From Parvularia atlantis (Eukaryota), in contig CALSCO010001459.1 in NCBI GenBank assembly GCA_943704415.1, positions 1 to 48,734 of the forward strand: a DNA stretch of 48,734 nt, written 5' to 3'. A model generated the notes under the pieces. That model was given only the letters and a program-made list of their open reading frames with translations, ran no database searches and had not been told where the DNA came from. The position numbers were made by a program, and so were the translations under genes. Positions 24,501-35,918 of this stretch are shown here, in pieces (the first letter of the stretch is position 1; each line of letters starts with the position of its first letter).

Positions 24501-27066
24501 CGTCCTGTGCGCGCGCGTCAGCCCGTGTGCGCGAGCAGGCCGCGCCTCGCACACGGCACCATCGACGAGCCCTGCAGCAGAAAGACGCGCGAACGGTAGT
24601 AGGGCAGCGTGATAAGGTTGCGCAGGAATGTGGACGGCTCGTAGCGCAGGAGGATGACGACCTCAAATAGGTCGTTGTGGCTCGACTCCTGCGCGCCGTC
24701 CGCGTGCGCTCAGCCGACACGCCGGCCAGTCACGCCTCGCACACGTGTCATGCCTGTGAGCCTAGTTCGTTGAGCGCGTCGACCACTGGCGTGTCCTGCG
24801 CAGACGAGATGCACACGACCACGTGCTTCTGGTACGGCCGCAGCAGCGTCGACAGCAGGCTCTTGCGGTAGCCGCCGCCGCTGGCTGTGGCACCGGTCAG
24901 ACCCCCGCCATCACCCGGCACATGTGACGCGCCTCGGCGCAGCGAGAACGCCTCGTTCAGGGCCGAGATCTGCGCCGGGATGATGTAGAGCGCGAGCACG
25001 ATGATCACGGAGATGATCAGACGCCCCTGCCACGAGCGCGGCGTGATGTCGCCTGACGGTGGCGGCGTGTGAGTGCCGAGGCCCGGCGCGCTCCCCTGCG
25101 CACCGTAGCCGACCGTGGTGACCGTAACGACCATCATGTACATCGAGTTGAAGAGCGACATCGGCTCGCCCCAGATGTTCTGCAGGGCGCACGCGCACGG
25201 TGAGCCAGCCACGCAGGCAGGCGCACGAGGTGCGCGCGCGTGCCTCGGCCCACTGCACGGCCATCATGCCCGTGATGGTGAACGAGATCATGGTCATGAT
25301 GATCACGACGATGCGCTCGTGGACCACATCGTACTTTTGCTGGATGCCTGCGCGACATGAAGTTGAGCGGGGCGGGCTGCTGGGAGCGCACGCACACACA
25401 CGGCGCACCAAGCGCGTGGTTGAGCAGCACAAACATGTCCTGCACCTTGGCGATGATGACCCACACGCGCAGGTAGCTTGGCACGTACAGTATCTGCCAG
25501 TTGCGACGCGCGAGCCGCGGTACGTTAGACACACACGGACGAGAGCGCAGCAGCGACGCGCACATTCAGGTTTTGCACGTCAAAGACAGACGCCACAAAC
25601 ATGAACGCCGTGACGATGTCGATCGCGGTGATCCAAATCGACGTCGTGATGCGCATGTTGATGATGAAGACGCCTGCATGTGCACACGAGTTGGCAGGCA
25701 TGCGCGCGGTCGCGGTCGCACGCACGAAAGAAGGTCGACGTGCAGATGAGGAACGAGATGGCCACCTCGGTCACGTACAGCCACCACGGCCGCGTCGTCG
25801 TCCACCAAATGCCGTCACTGCGGGCGCACGTGCGTGCGTGCGTACGGTCAGAAGGGAGGCAGATGCGGTGGCATGCGTGCCACACACGCACACAATTATG
25901 GTGCCGTCCTCGACGATCACGTCGTAGTCGCGCGAGGTCAAGTCAATCCGCTCGAACCGCCCGCGCTCGACAAAGTACAGCATCACCATGATCACGTCCA
26001 ACAGGATCAGGAACCAGAACTGCGGCGGGCAGGTCAGCGCGCGCGCTCCGACCTCTTGGCCGCCACCGTCAGGACGCACCCACAGGTACGACGACATCGG
26101 CCGCTCCGACGCCGGGCCATACAGGCCAAACTCGGTGAACGGACGCTGGATGGCGACGTGCAGGCGCTTGACCGAAGCCAGCAGCCACCTGGGCGGGCGT
26201 CACAACGAGGTCGATCACGCGCGCGCACGCACCGCAGTGTGGGCAAGCGCCGCTGCTGCGTCGTCGCCGCGAGGCGCGACTGGATGAACTTGCGTCGCTG
26301 CCGCCCAATCGACGTGCGTGCCTGGGACTGCGAGCGCGTGAGCTGCATGCGCCGCCTGGGCAGCTGGGCGCGCACGTCGCCGTTGGCCTGGACAATGTCC
26401 CAGGCCCTGGGCGAGGACACGTGCGAGCGCCTGTCGGTCGCGCCGCTCTTGGCCTTGCTGCTGCTGTGCGCGTCGCGGTGAGCCCGCGTGCGCGTGCGCG
26501 TGGCCCCGTCGGTGCGCGCACACCTCCCGCTGATCACCGTCGCGCTCAGCGTCGACGGGTCCGAGTGCCGCGACACGCAGTCGTGGATGCTCACGACGGA
26601 CGCGCCCTCGTCCGCGTTACCCTGCACCTGCATGCCGCCGTTCACACCGTCTTCCTCGCCTTCGCCCTCGCCCTCGCCCTCGCCGTTCACCGGCGTGACC
26701 GGGACGCCTGGCAGCGGGCGCTGGGCCGCGCCGACGTTGGCCGGCGCACGCGGCCGCACGCCGCCACCCGACGCACCCGCGGCGATCCCCCGAGCATCGT
26801 CACCGCCGACGACATGGACGAGAGGCGCCGCTGCGACACGTGGCGGCGCGGCGCGGGATCAGCGTCACGTGCTCAGCGCGATTCGGCGGCGCCGGCACCG
26901 GCTGCCGCGCGAGCGACGTGGTCGAGTCCTCGTCGAGCGGGAGCGAGCGCGACGTGTCGACGCGCAGCGCCTCACGCGCCGTGCGCCTGTGGCGCGCCCG
27001 TCAACCGGGGTGGCGCGCAGCGTGGTGGTCTGCGAACCGTGACGCGGCTGATGAAGCCTGGACCAT
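21558..27066 (-). CDS. Slo-family potassium channel with RCK domains, Slo2/KCNT-like (many exons)
   Basis: Filter TVTTVGYGDITP; ADRHNTLRAWAVQEHSPNVPLYV; ANCLYPGVSTLL; YGDGVGNELY; YASGRIISTSMIDGLLFQ; TFGHLFQYL..AIGLHR. Start codon inferred. Confidence 0.92.
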
Positions 27067-27359
27067 ACCGACAGTTTGTGCTTCCAAATGCGGACTCCCA
27101 GGCTCATGAATCTGTGTACACTGGTAGGGTCGCAACGATTGTGCACTAATTGGTAATTAGCAGCGATGCGTCTACAGTCGCAGCGGCGCGGGCGCGTGGA
27201 CGGCGGGTCGTGGCGGGCGGACGGGTCGTGTGTGGCCCGTGCGGCCCACCGCGTGGCTCGCCGCTTGGTGCTGCCTGTGGCGTTGTGTGCGGTTCTGGTG
27301 GCCTTGCCGCCGCCCTCACTGACCGTCACGCCCGCCGGGCAGGCGCGAGTACAACTGGG

Positions 27360-29140
27360 ATGGACAACAGCGACGACACCGGGACGCTGCGCGCCTTGCT
27401 CGCGGCTGCTCGCTCGCGCGTGGACGAACTGGAGAAGCAGAATGACAAGTGGCGGCGCACGGCGTCGTCGCTGCAGGCCGCGGCCGAGCAGGAGGAGGAC
27501 TTCATCACGAACAAGCTGCTCCGGCGCATCGACGAGGTCAAGGCCGAGAAGACGCGGCTGCTGCAGCAGCTCGAGCGCGACGAGCAGTACCTGGCCAACA
27601 CGCTGCACAAGCAGCTGCAGCAGGTGCCGGGCGCGCTCGCCGCCGCCGCCGCGCGGAGAGGGCACACGGCGCTGACGGCGTCGCGGCAGCTGCGCGAGGA
27701 GAAGATCCAGCTCGAGCAGGCGATGGAACGCGAGCAGGAGCAGGCTGTCAACCGGCTGCGGCGCCAGCTGCAGGAGCTGCAGCAGCAGGGGTGCGTGTGC
27801 ATGTGGCACACACGGGCACGGGCGCGTGACACTCGCGCTGGCCAGCTCGGCGGGTGCACGGCGCCTGTCCGACATCGACTTGCGCCGCGAGGAGCAGGTG
27901 CGCTTGGCGCTCGCGCAGGAGCAGGAGGCGAACCGCAAGGCACGTGCGCACCGGGCCGCATGCGCCGAGCGCTGACCGACGCGGCAGCACGAGGAGACGA
28001 TCAAGCAGCTGCGACTCGAGCTGGAGACGGAGCAGGGCCGCTCGCGCATGCTCCAGGCGCGCATAGACCAGATGCGCGAAGCGACCGTGGAGATGGTGCC
28101 GGGCGCGTGGCTGTCTTCGCGTGATGATGCACACGAGCGCTCACGCCGCCAAATGGCCCCACTCGCAGCAACTGACCGCCGAGCAGCAGGAGGAGCACAT
28201 CTCCAACAAGTTGCTGCGGCGCATCGCCAACCTCAAGAAGGAGAAGGAGCAGCTGCTGGTGCAGTACGAGCAGGAGGAGGAGCACATGACCAACACGCTC
28301 TCGAAGAAGGTGCGCGTTGCCCCGTGCGCTGTGAGGGTGCTGGCTTACGTGCGCGACGGCGGCCAGGTGTCGCGCCTCATCGCCGAGAAGCGCGCGCTCG
28401 AGCGCACGCTTGAGTCGGAGCGCGAGCACATGATTGCCACGCTCAAGGAGCAGCTGCGCAGCCTGATTGCCGCGAGGTGCGCATGATCATGCGTGTGTGC
28501 GGTGTGCTGTGGCTGACGACCGGCGCGGGCCAGCCACGACGCCGACACGGCCGAGCAGCTGCTCGGGCCGATCGACCTGCTCACCGAGCAGATCCGCGAG
28601 TGGCAGCACAAGTACGCCGCGCTCGAAAAGTCGAGTGCGTTGCGCCCGGAGTTGCTGCAGCCCGCGTCGGCGATCTGACGCGCGCGCGTCGCACACAGAG
28701 CGCGCCGAGATCGAGACGCTGCGCGAGGAGCTCGCCTTTGTGCGCGCGGAGAACCTTCAGCTGCAGCAGACCGTCGTGCGGCTGACCTCTGGGTGCGTGG
28801 CTTGGTCTGTGTGCGAGCGGCGGCTGACGAGCGTGCGTGCGACGCAGGTCCGGCGAGCAGCGGCGCTCGCGGTAGGCACCTGCATTGCCTTACACACGCT
28901 GGCCGTGCTGACGCGCGCCTTGCGCACCACGCACAGGTCGAGCTCCATGAACCTGCCCACGACCAGCCCGTCGGTGCGCGGGCAGCGTGCGGCCGCGAGC
29001 GCCGCGCCGTACGTAGACGCTTGGTTTGCGCAAGCGTGCCTGCTGCACTCACCCCGCAGATGTCGCGCAGGCCTGCCCTGTCGCTCGACGACAGCGCCGC
29101 TGCTCCTACCGCCGCCACTGCTGCCGCCACGCGGACGTGA
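27360..29140 (+). CDS. CCDC6: CCDC6/H4 (DUF2046)-like coiled-coil protein
   Basis: AEQEEDFITNKLLRRI..KAEK..L...LERDEQYLANTL..QLQQLREEKIQLE..MEREQE..VNRL. The motif is repeated later as AEQQEEHISNKLLRRI...YEQEEEHMTNTL. Confidence 0.85.
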
Positions 29141-29186
29141 AGACTCGCGTGCCGAGTGTGTGGCTGTCGCTTGCTTGCAGAAATTT

Positions 29187-31206
29187 TTACACGATCTGCA
29201 CAGTGTTGTTTCGGCAGCGCGAGCACCCGCAGCGTGAGATGTCCACTAGCGACGCGTCCGCCTCGTCGTGCTTTCGCGCGGGCGGTGTTGGGGCCGGCCG
29301 GGGTGATCGCGGCGGCGTGCCAGCCGGCGCTGGGCGTGTGTAGCGGAGCTCCTGCGCGCCGTCGTGCCTGTGAGGCACTGCTCGTGGCCGCTGGTAGGAT
29401 GCCGCACCTGCTCGAGCGCGGCGCAGCGCTGCGACAGCGCAACGACGCTGGCTTCGAGCTGCCGCGTCGACATCTTCCACGCGTCACGCTCCTCCTCGAG
29501 CTGCTCGCACTGCGTTGCGCTGCGCAAGGCGTCGTCAGCGGCTGCCCGTCCTACGGCATCCGACGCACCGCTCGCGCGCCTTCTGCAGCTCGTCGTGCAG
29601 CGCGCGGTCATGTTGGATGTGCTCGCGCTGCATCTGCTCCCACTCACCCGAGCCCGGCGCGGGTCCGCCTCGCACGCCGCCGCCGCCGACGCGCCCCACG
29701 CCGACGCTGACCAGCAGCCGCTTGAGCTGCTTGGCCAGCTCCACCTGCTCGTTCAGCGCGCGCTCGCTCTGCGCCAGCTCGTGCTCGAGCGCGATCAGCT
29801 GGCAGACACGCGTCAGTCGGCCCGCAGGCGCGCCGCCCAGCGGGCACGCACCCGCGCGTCGTTGTTGGACCGCGGCGAGCCGGCCACCGGGGCCAAGTCC
29901 ATTGCGCCGTCCGTTTGCGTCCCGCGCGCCTGCGTCAGCGCCGGCCGCACGTACGCGCCGCTGCTGCTGACGGCTCCGCGCGGTGACGCCGCAGACGCAA
30001 GTGCACTCGCGCCAGACCTGCGTTCACTCAGTCGCCGCGCGCAGCCGCTGAGCATGCGGTCGCGCACCTGGCACGGGACAACGCGTCAGCCAGCACCCTC
30101 TTCTCTTGCCGCAGCGTGTCGATGCTGTGTCGCAGCGCATCCGCGCACGTGAGTCGGAGGCAAGAGGCGCTCAGGCCGCGCTGGCGCACGTCTCTGTCTG
30201 CGAGGTCGCGAGCGTCTTCCAATGGCTGATGTGGAACGCGCTGTACTCTTGCAGCTGGTCGAGCTCGACCTGCTTGGCCTTCTCGGCGGTGCGCGCACGC
30301 GCCACGTCGTCCGCCTTTGCGTCCGCGCGCATGAGCTGTGCCGTATCGCCTGCGCGCAAAACGCACGAGCTCCTGGCTGCGCGCCGCCCACTGCTGCTTC
30401 GCCGCGACCAGCTCGGCGCGTGCATGCTCTGCGTCGTGGCGCGCGGCGGCCACCTCTGCGCCGCCGCACCCGTCAGCCCCAGCACGCGGCAGCGATCATC
30501 AACGCACGCGCTGCCACGCCGTCGTCGTCGTCGTCGTCGTCGTCGTTGCACTCGTCCGCGAACGACGCGCTCCCACCCGTGGTCGGCGCAGCGACCACTT
30601 GGACGCGCAGCCGCTCGGCCTCGGCCTTATAGCGCGCGCAGTCTGCGCGCGGGTTGAGCCGGTGCTGGTCCGGTCGCGCACGGGCGGCGCACCTGACGCG
30701 AGCCGGTCCAGCTGGGCCTGCAGCTGCGCGCGCTGCGTGTCGAGCGCCGCCTGGCGTACGCGGTCCTGCTCGCGGTGCAGGCGTGCGACGGCGTCGATGG
30801 CCTGGTCGAGCTGCTCCTGCGTCACCTGCGCCTGCCCCTGTGCCTGCGCGAGCTCGGCGGCGTGCGCGCGCTCGAGCTCGGCCAGGCGCTGCTCGAGCTG
30901 CAGCCCGTCGCGCGTCGCGGCCAGCTCACGCTGCAGCCACTCGACCTCGGCCAGCAGGAACGCCTGGTCGTCGAGCAGCGTCTGGTCGACGGCGGGCGGC
31001 GGCGGCGCGGGCGGCAGGAGCAGGTGCACGGGCGCCTCAAGCGCCTTTTTGAGCACGGCGATCTCGGCATCACGCAGGCGCACGGTCTCGCGCAGCTGCG
31101 CCACCTCGAGCTCGAGGTGCCCCAGCGCCCCGGCCACGAGCGCCACGTCGGCCGCGGCCGGCGCAACGCCGTTGAGGCCGCGCTTGTGTGACGCCTGCGC
31201 GGGCAT
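29187..31206 (-). CDS. Coiled-coil protein, golgin-45/BLZF1-like
   Basis: Long heptad-rich helices; AKQLKRLLVSVG resembles the golgin-45 ELKKLLVASVG segment; ERDAWK; C-terminus CGCSRCRNNTVQIV* has Cys pairs plus a hydrophobic end. Confidence 0.55.
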
Positions 31207-31268
31207 TGTGGCAACGCGAACATCGCCACTCTTACTGTCCACGTGCGCACGACACGCGGGGGGCTGTG

Positions 31269-34184
31269 TCACGAAGTCGACGGCGGCGCCGGCGCCGGCC
31301 TCTGCACGCTGGCGTCCTGTGGGGCTGTGTGTGGGGCGTGCGGGGCGTGAGGACGCGTGGGCGCGTGGCGCGATCGCACGCACAAGCACCGGCACCCGGG
31401 GCGGCTGCGCGCGGCGCACGCGGCTGCGATGGCGGGCCGGCCGGGGCGACGGCGACGGTGGGCGAGCCGGCCGGAACGGGTACGGCCATGGGCATCACGG
31501 GCATCGGCAGCGGGTACGGGATCTCTGTGTACACGCGCGCGTGCGCGCGCAAGGACCAGGCGGGCGACGTGAGTTCGGCGCGATCGAACGCGTGCACGCG
31601 CACGCACGCTGCGGGACAGCGTACGGCGACTGGTCCATGTAGTACGGCTGCGCATAATGCGGCACTGTGCCCGGGCGTGTGAGCACGGCCGGCTTATCGC
31701 GCACAAGCGCTGCCCGTCACGCACTCGCATAGTACGGCATCTGCATCGGCATCGGCACGACACGTGGCATCGGCTGCGGCCTGTATCCGGCCGGCATGGG
31801 CGCGCCGGCCATGTACTGCTGCTGCATGTACATCTCGGCCTCGGGCGTGAGCATCTGCGGCGCGAGTGTGTGCGTTGAGCGTGCGCGCGCGCAGGCGCGG
31901 CTGCGGCGCAGCACACCGCCTGCTGTGGGCCCTGGTGGATGAAGCGCGCCTGCGCACGCTCGCGTCAGGTGCAGTGCATGCAAGCACGCCGCAGGCGGCA
32001 GCGCACTGCCTGCTGCTGCTGCTGGTACGTGAGCGCCTCGATGTCGATCGCTGGCGGCGTCGTGTGCGCGGGTCAGCGACAAAGCAGAGCGGCGCGCGCA
32101 GACAAGCGTACACGGCTGCTTGCCCATCATCCGTGGCGACATCATCTGCTGCGGCACCGGCACCGGCACCGGGACCACGTACGGCGACGCAGGCAGCGCG
32201 GCCATGCCAGGGCTGCCCACGACCACGGGCACGGCCACGGGCGCAGCCGCCGGCGCCGACGGGACGTACGCCTTGGCTGAGACGTTGAACCTGATCGGCT
32301 CTGCGCGGGCGGGCCAGTGTGAGCGCGCTCGCTCTTGCCTCGACGTGGTGCCGCACTCTTTGCGGGTGCGGCCTCAGCCGGCTTGGCCACCGTCTCGTCG
32401 GCCGTGGCCGGGGCTGCAGCGGCGTTTGCGGGAGCGGCGGTGGCGGGCACATCGGCCTGCGGCAGCCTCTCAGTCAGCGCACGGTCAAACGGTGTCAAAG
32501 AGCGCGTGCCTTTGCGGCTGTGCTCGCGGTCGCGGCGGTCGCGGACTCGGCTGCGGTCGGCGAAGCGCTCGCAGTCGGAGACGCAGCAGCAACCGGCGAG
32601 GCGGCCGCGGCCGGCGAGCGTTGGCTCTTGGCCATGTTGGCGTTGAACTTGTGCGAGTCGCGCTCAAAGTCGTGCTTGAGCTCCAGCGCCTTGTTGCGGC
32701 GTGCATTCGACAGCTGCCGCCAGGCCCATCGTCAGCGACCGCTTGACGGTGCAGCGCGAGCGCACCTTGTCCTGCTCGCTCTTCACAAACTTGTCCATGG
32801 CCTGCTGCACGCTCTCGGTTGCCTGGCCCCGGCTGTCGGCCGCCTGGCCGTCGCAGCGCTGAGCACACCGACGCGCACACCGATGCGTACACACAGAACG
32901 CGCACCTTGCGTTGCTGCGGCGGTACGTACGCGTTCGCGGAGCGGCGCTGCACCGCCCCGAACGCCATCTCCTCGTCGGCGCCCTGTGCAGTGTCGGGCT
33001 CCTCGAAGCTCGCCTGCGCGCGGGCCGGCGTGCGCGCAGTCAGCAACGCGGTGGCACTGCGTGCGCGTCACAGACCTCGTCGCGGCCACGGCCGTTCGAC
33101 TTGTTGAGCATCTCCTGCGCGATCCGCGCGGCTTCGCGCTCGCGCTTGGCAAAGTCGGGCGCGCTCTTGTCGATCTGCGTGGTGTAGATCTGCACGTGCG
33201 CGCACACGCACACACGCGAGCGTCAGACTACGTCGCGATGGCCGTGTGTGCGCCCACGCGCCTCCTCGCTGAACGACGACACGACGTTGAACTTTTCGTT
33301 GTTGACCTGGAACTGGTCCCACTGTCGTCCGCCACGGCCACGCTCAAGCGAGAAATCCTCCAGCGCGCCCGCTGCGGTGCACAGCGGTGATCAGCAAGCA
33401 GTGCGCGGCGGCCTGCCCGGCTGCGCTACCATCGTCGTCCTTCCACGGCACTAGCTCGCGCTCGTTGTTGTCGCGGTTGCCGCTGATGGCCGTGTCAGTC
33501 TGCGCGCGCCATTGTGAGCCACCGACTGCGTGCTAGCGGGGGGTCGGCGCCCACCTTGAACGCCGCACTGCCCGCGGCGCCGCCGTGCTCGGGCGCGCCG
33601 TCGCTGTCGTGCAGCGCGACGCCGCGCGCGACCACGTGCACGAGGTTCTCGCCGGGCACGACGAGCGACTCGACGATGTCGTCGCGGCTGGCGGGCGCGC
33701 TCTCGCCCGGCTTGAGCAGGAACGCGCGGTTGAGTGTGACGCCAAAGCTGCAGCCGGCGCCGCGCGTGTCATGACCCTGTGTTGCGCCAGCGTGTGCGCA
33801 CCGCTCGTGCAGCGTCGCCGTCCCGAGCAGGCCGACGTAGACCTCGCCCGACGCCAGGTGCACCTCGACCTGGTGGCCGATCAGGCGCGCAAACAGGTAC
33901 AGCGCGCGCTCGTGCTGCTCGGCCGCGCCGGGCGTCTCGGCGGCGGCGCTGGCTGGCGAGGCGGCGCCGGCGGCGGCTGCTGTGGTGGGCCGCGGCGTCG
34001 TCGTCTGCGCGCTCTTGACGCTCACGGGGCTCATTGCCGCCACCGGTGAGGACGCGCCCGACGTCGGCGTGCCCGGCTTGGCGCCGACGCCGCCGACGCC
34101 GCCGACGCCGCTGCTGGCGCCGCCCGCCGGCGAGGCCGTGCGCGAACCGCGGCCACGGCCACTTGGAGCGCGGCGGGCCTCCAT
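31269..34184 (-). CDS. ATXN2: Ataxin-2/Pbp1 (LSm, LsmAD, PAM2)
   Basis: RALYLFARLIGHQVEVHLASGEVYVG (LSm); FKTDTAIS, ERELVPW, WDQFQVN..KFNVVSSFSEEIYTTQID, REAARIAQE, DEEMAFGAV (LsmAD); KFNVSAKAYVP (PAM2); P/M/Y-rich tail. Confidence 0.95.
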
Positions 34185-34210
34185 GCGGTAAATTACACAA
34201 TCGCTGTCAA

Positions 34211-34614
34211 ATGCTGTCGGAACAAGATGTACAGGTGCTGTTCGAGGTCGACGTGCTGCGCGAGCTACAGGAGCCGACGTTCCTCGAGGCGCTGCGCGAG
34301 GTCGAGCGTGAGGCCGGGCGCGCGGCAAGGCGCGACGATGGGTCGGCCAGCTCGCGCGCACGACCGCCGCACCTGGCGGTCGCCGTAACTCGCGACGGTG
34401 CGTTTCGCTCCGGCTCCGCATCGACGCGATCACCCTGATGCGCGGCCGCACAGAGGCCCGCGCGCAGCTCAAAGAAGCAGCGAGATGCCTGCTACTCAAC
34501 CGTCGCGCGCTCGTGCAGGCGCTACGCGCCGAGCGCGAGGCCGCCAAGCTCGCCGCCGCGAACGTCGGGCGCAACAACGTCATCCAGGCACTGCGCGACA
34601 GCGGACTCGTTTGA
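34211..34614 (+). CDS. Small uncharacterised helical protein (~115 aa, 2 exons)
   Basis: MLSEQDVQVLFEVDVLRELQEPTFLEAL..., one GTGCGT..CTGAT..CAG intron, then EARAQLKEAARCLLLNRR...QALRDSGLV*. Host-like codon pattern. Confidence 0.65.
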
Positions 34615-34700
34615 CACCGCCCCCCTCCCCCACCCCCACACACACCACCCACACACACACCGCACAATCTCAATCGATCGCTCAGTGTCGTGCACAGAAT

Positions 34701-35903
34701 CTAAACAATCGACTGCAGCCGGTCGGCCACGGCAAGCTGTGTCCGCGTCAGGTTCGAAAGGTAGACGACCATGAGCAGGTCCTGCAGGTTGGTGTTGAAC
34801 ATGTGCTCAAACTGCTGCCGGTCGACCTTGGGCACGGTCGCCACGGCCTCCATCAGCTGGCGCCCGATGTCGATGTCGGGCGTGCCCGCGCCGCTCTGCC
34901 GCGCGCGTCGGTGAGGCGTGCCCGCGCCGCATTGACGCGGCCGCGGCCACACACACCAGCACGTCGTCGACATACTTCTGCGCCTTGTCCAGCAGGTCGC
35001 GCACGCTGGTGACCGAGCGCTGCAGGTTCTCGAGGTCCGACAGGAGCGACGCCGTTCGCGTGGGCGAGGCGCTCGCGCGTGCGACCAGGTCGACTGTTTG
35101 CGTGCGGCGTGAGCGGCCGCACGCCAGCACGCCAGGCCCACGCACTGCCGATGCGCTCGGCCTCGGACAGCTTGAGCTCGCACGGGATCGGCAGGAACAT
35201 GGACCCCTGCGCACCCTCGGTTGTGATCAGGCCGATGTACGAGCTGCGGGACGCGCGCGCGCGTGCACATGCGTCAGCTGCAGCCACCGGGTGCTAGCGC
35301 GCGCGCGGCGTGCGGCACCTCGTGTACGCGTTGATGTTGAGGCGGCTGTTGGTCAGCTCCGTGTCGACCGTGAGGTGGACCGGGTGCTGCAGCTCCTTGT
35401 TGAGCATGGCGCGGATCTCCTTGCCGTAAAAGTCGTGGATGAGGGACGAGGCGAGCGAGAGCGAGTTGCCCGTGGCGTACCTGCGTGCGAGTGTGTGAGG
35501 ACGCCAGCGGCGCACCAGCTCCGCAAGAGCACACCAGCCGACGATGATCTCCTTCGGGTTGGCGCGCTGGTGCAGGTCGAGCATGTTGCGGTGGTACTCG
35601 ATGTCGATCAGCGGCTGGTCGCCGACCTCGGTGTGCGGCACGGCGAAGGCGCTGCGGACCTCGATGTCGCCGGCCTCGCCCACAACGCCGAGCAGCGTGC
35701 CGATCACGCGCGTCTTCTCGTTTTCCTCGCCCCGGCGCATGAAGTGGTCCAGCACCGACAGCACGACGACGGGGTGCACCTGGCGGCGGCGGGCGCACGC
35801 GCGGGTGGCGTGAGCGACACGTACGCGCAACACGGCAGGCTGAGGCAGGGCGCACCTTGACGCGGTGCGAACCGACCGCGAGGGCCACGTGGTCGGTCGC
35901 CAT
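34701..35903 (-). CDS. EIF3F: Translation initiation factor eIF3 subunit F (MPN domain)
   Basis: VHPVVVLSVLDHFMRR...RVIGTLLG; AFAVPHTE; NPKEIIVGWYATG; PVHLTVDT; FEHMFNTNLQDLLMVVYLSNLTRTQL. Confidence 0.96.
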
Positions 35904-35918
35904 GTTGACTTTGCGTGG

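Noticed and set aside
24886..24933. Additional GC-AG intron in the K channel (CGAG|GCGCGT)
   Set aside because: About 48 nt, in frame and stop-free, so the sequence alone does not force splicing. Not counted.
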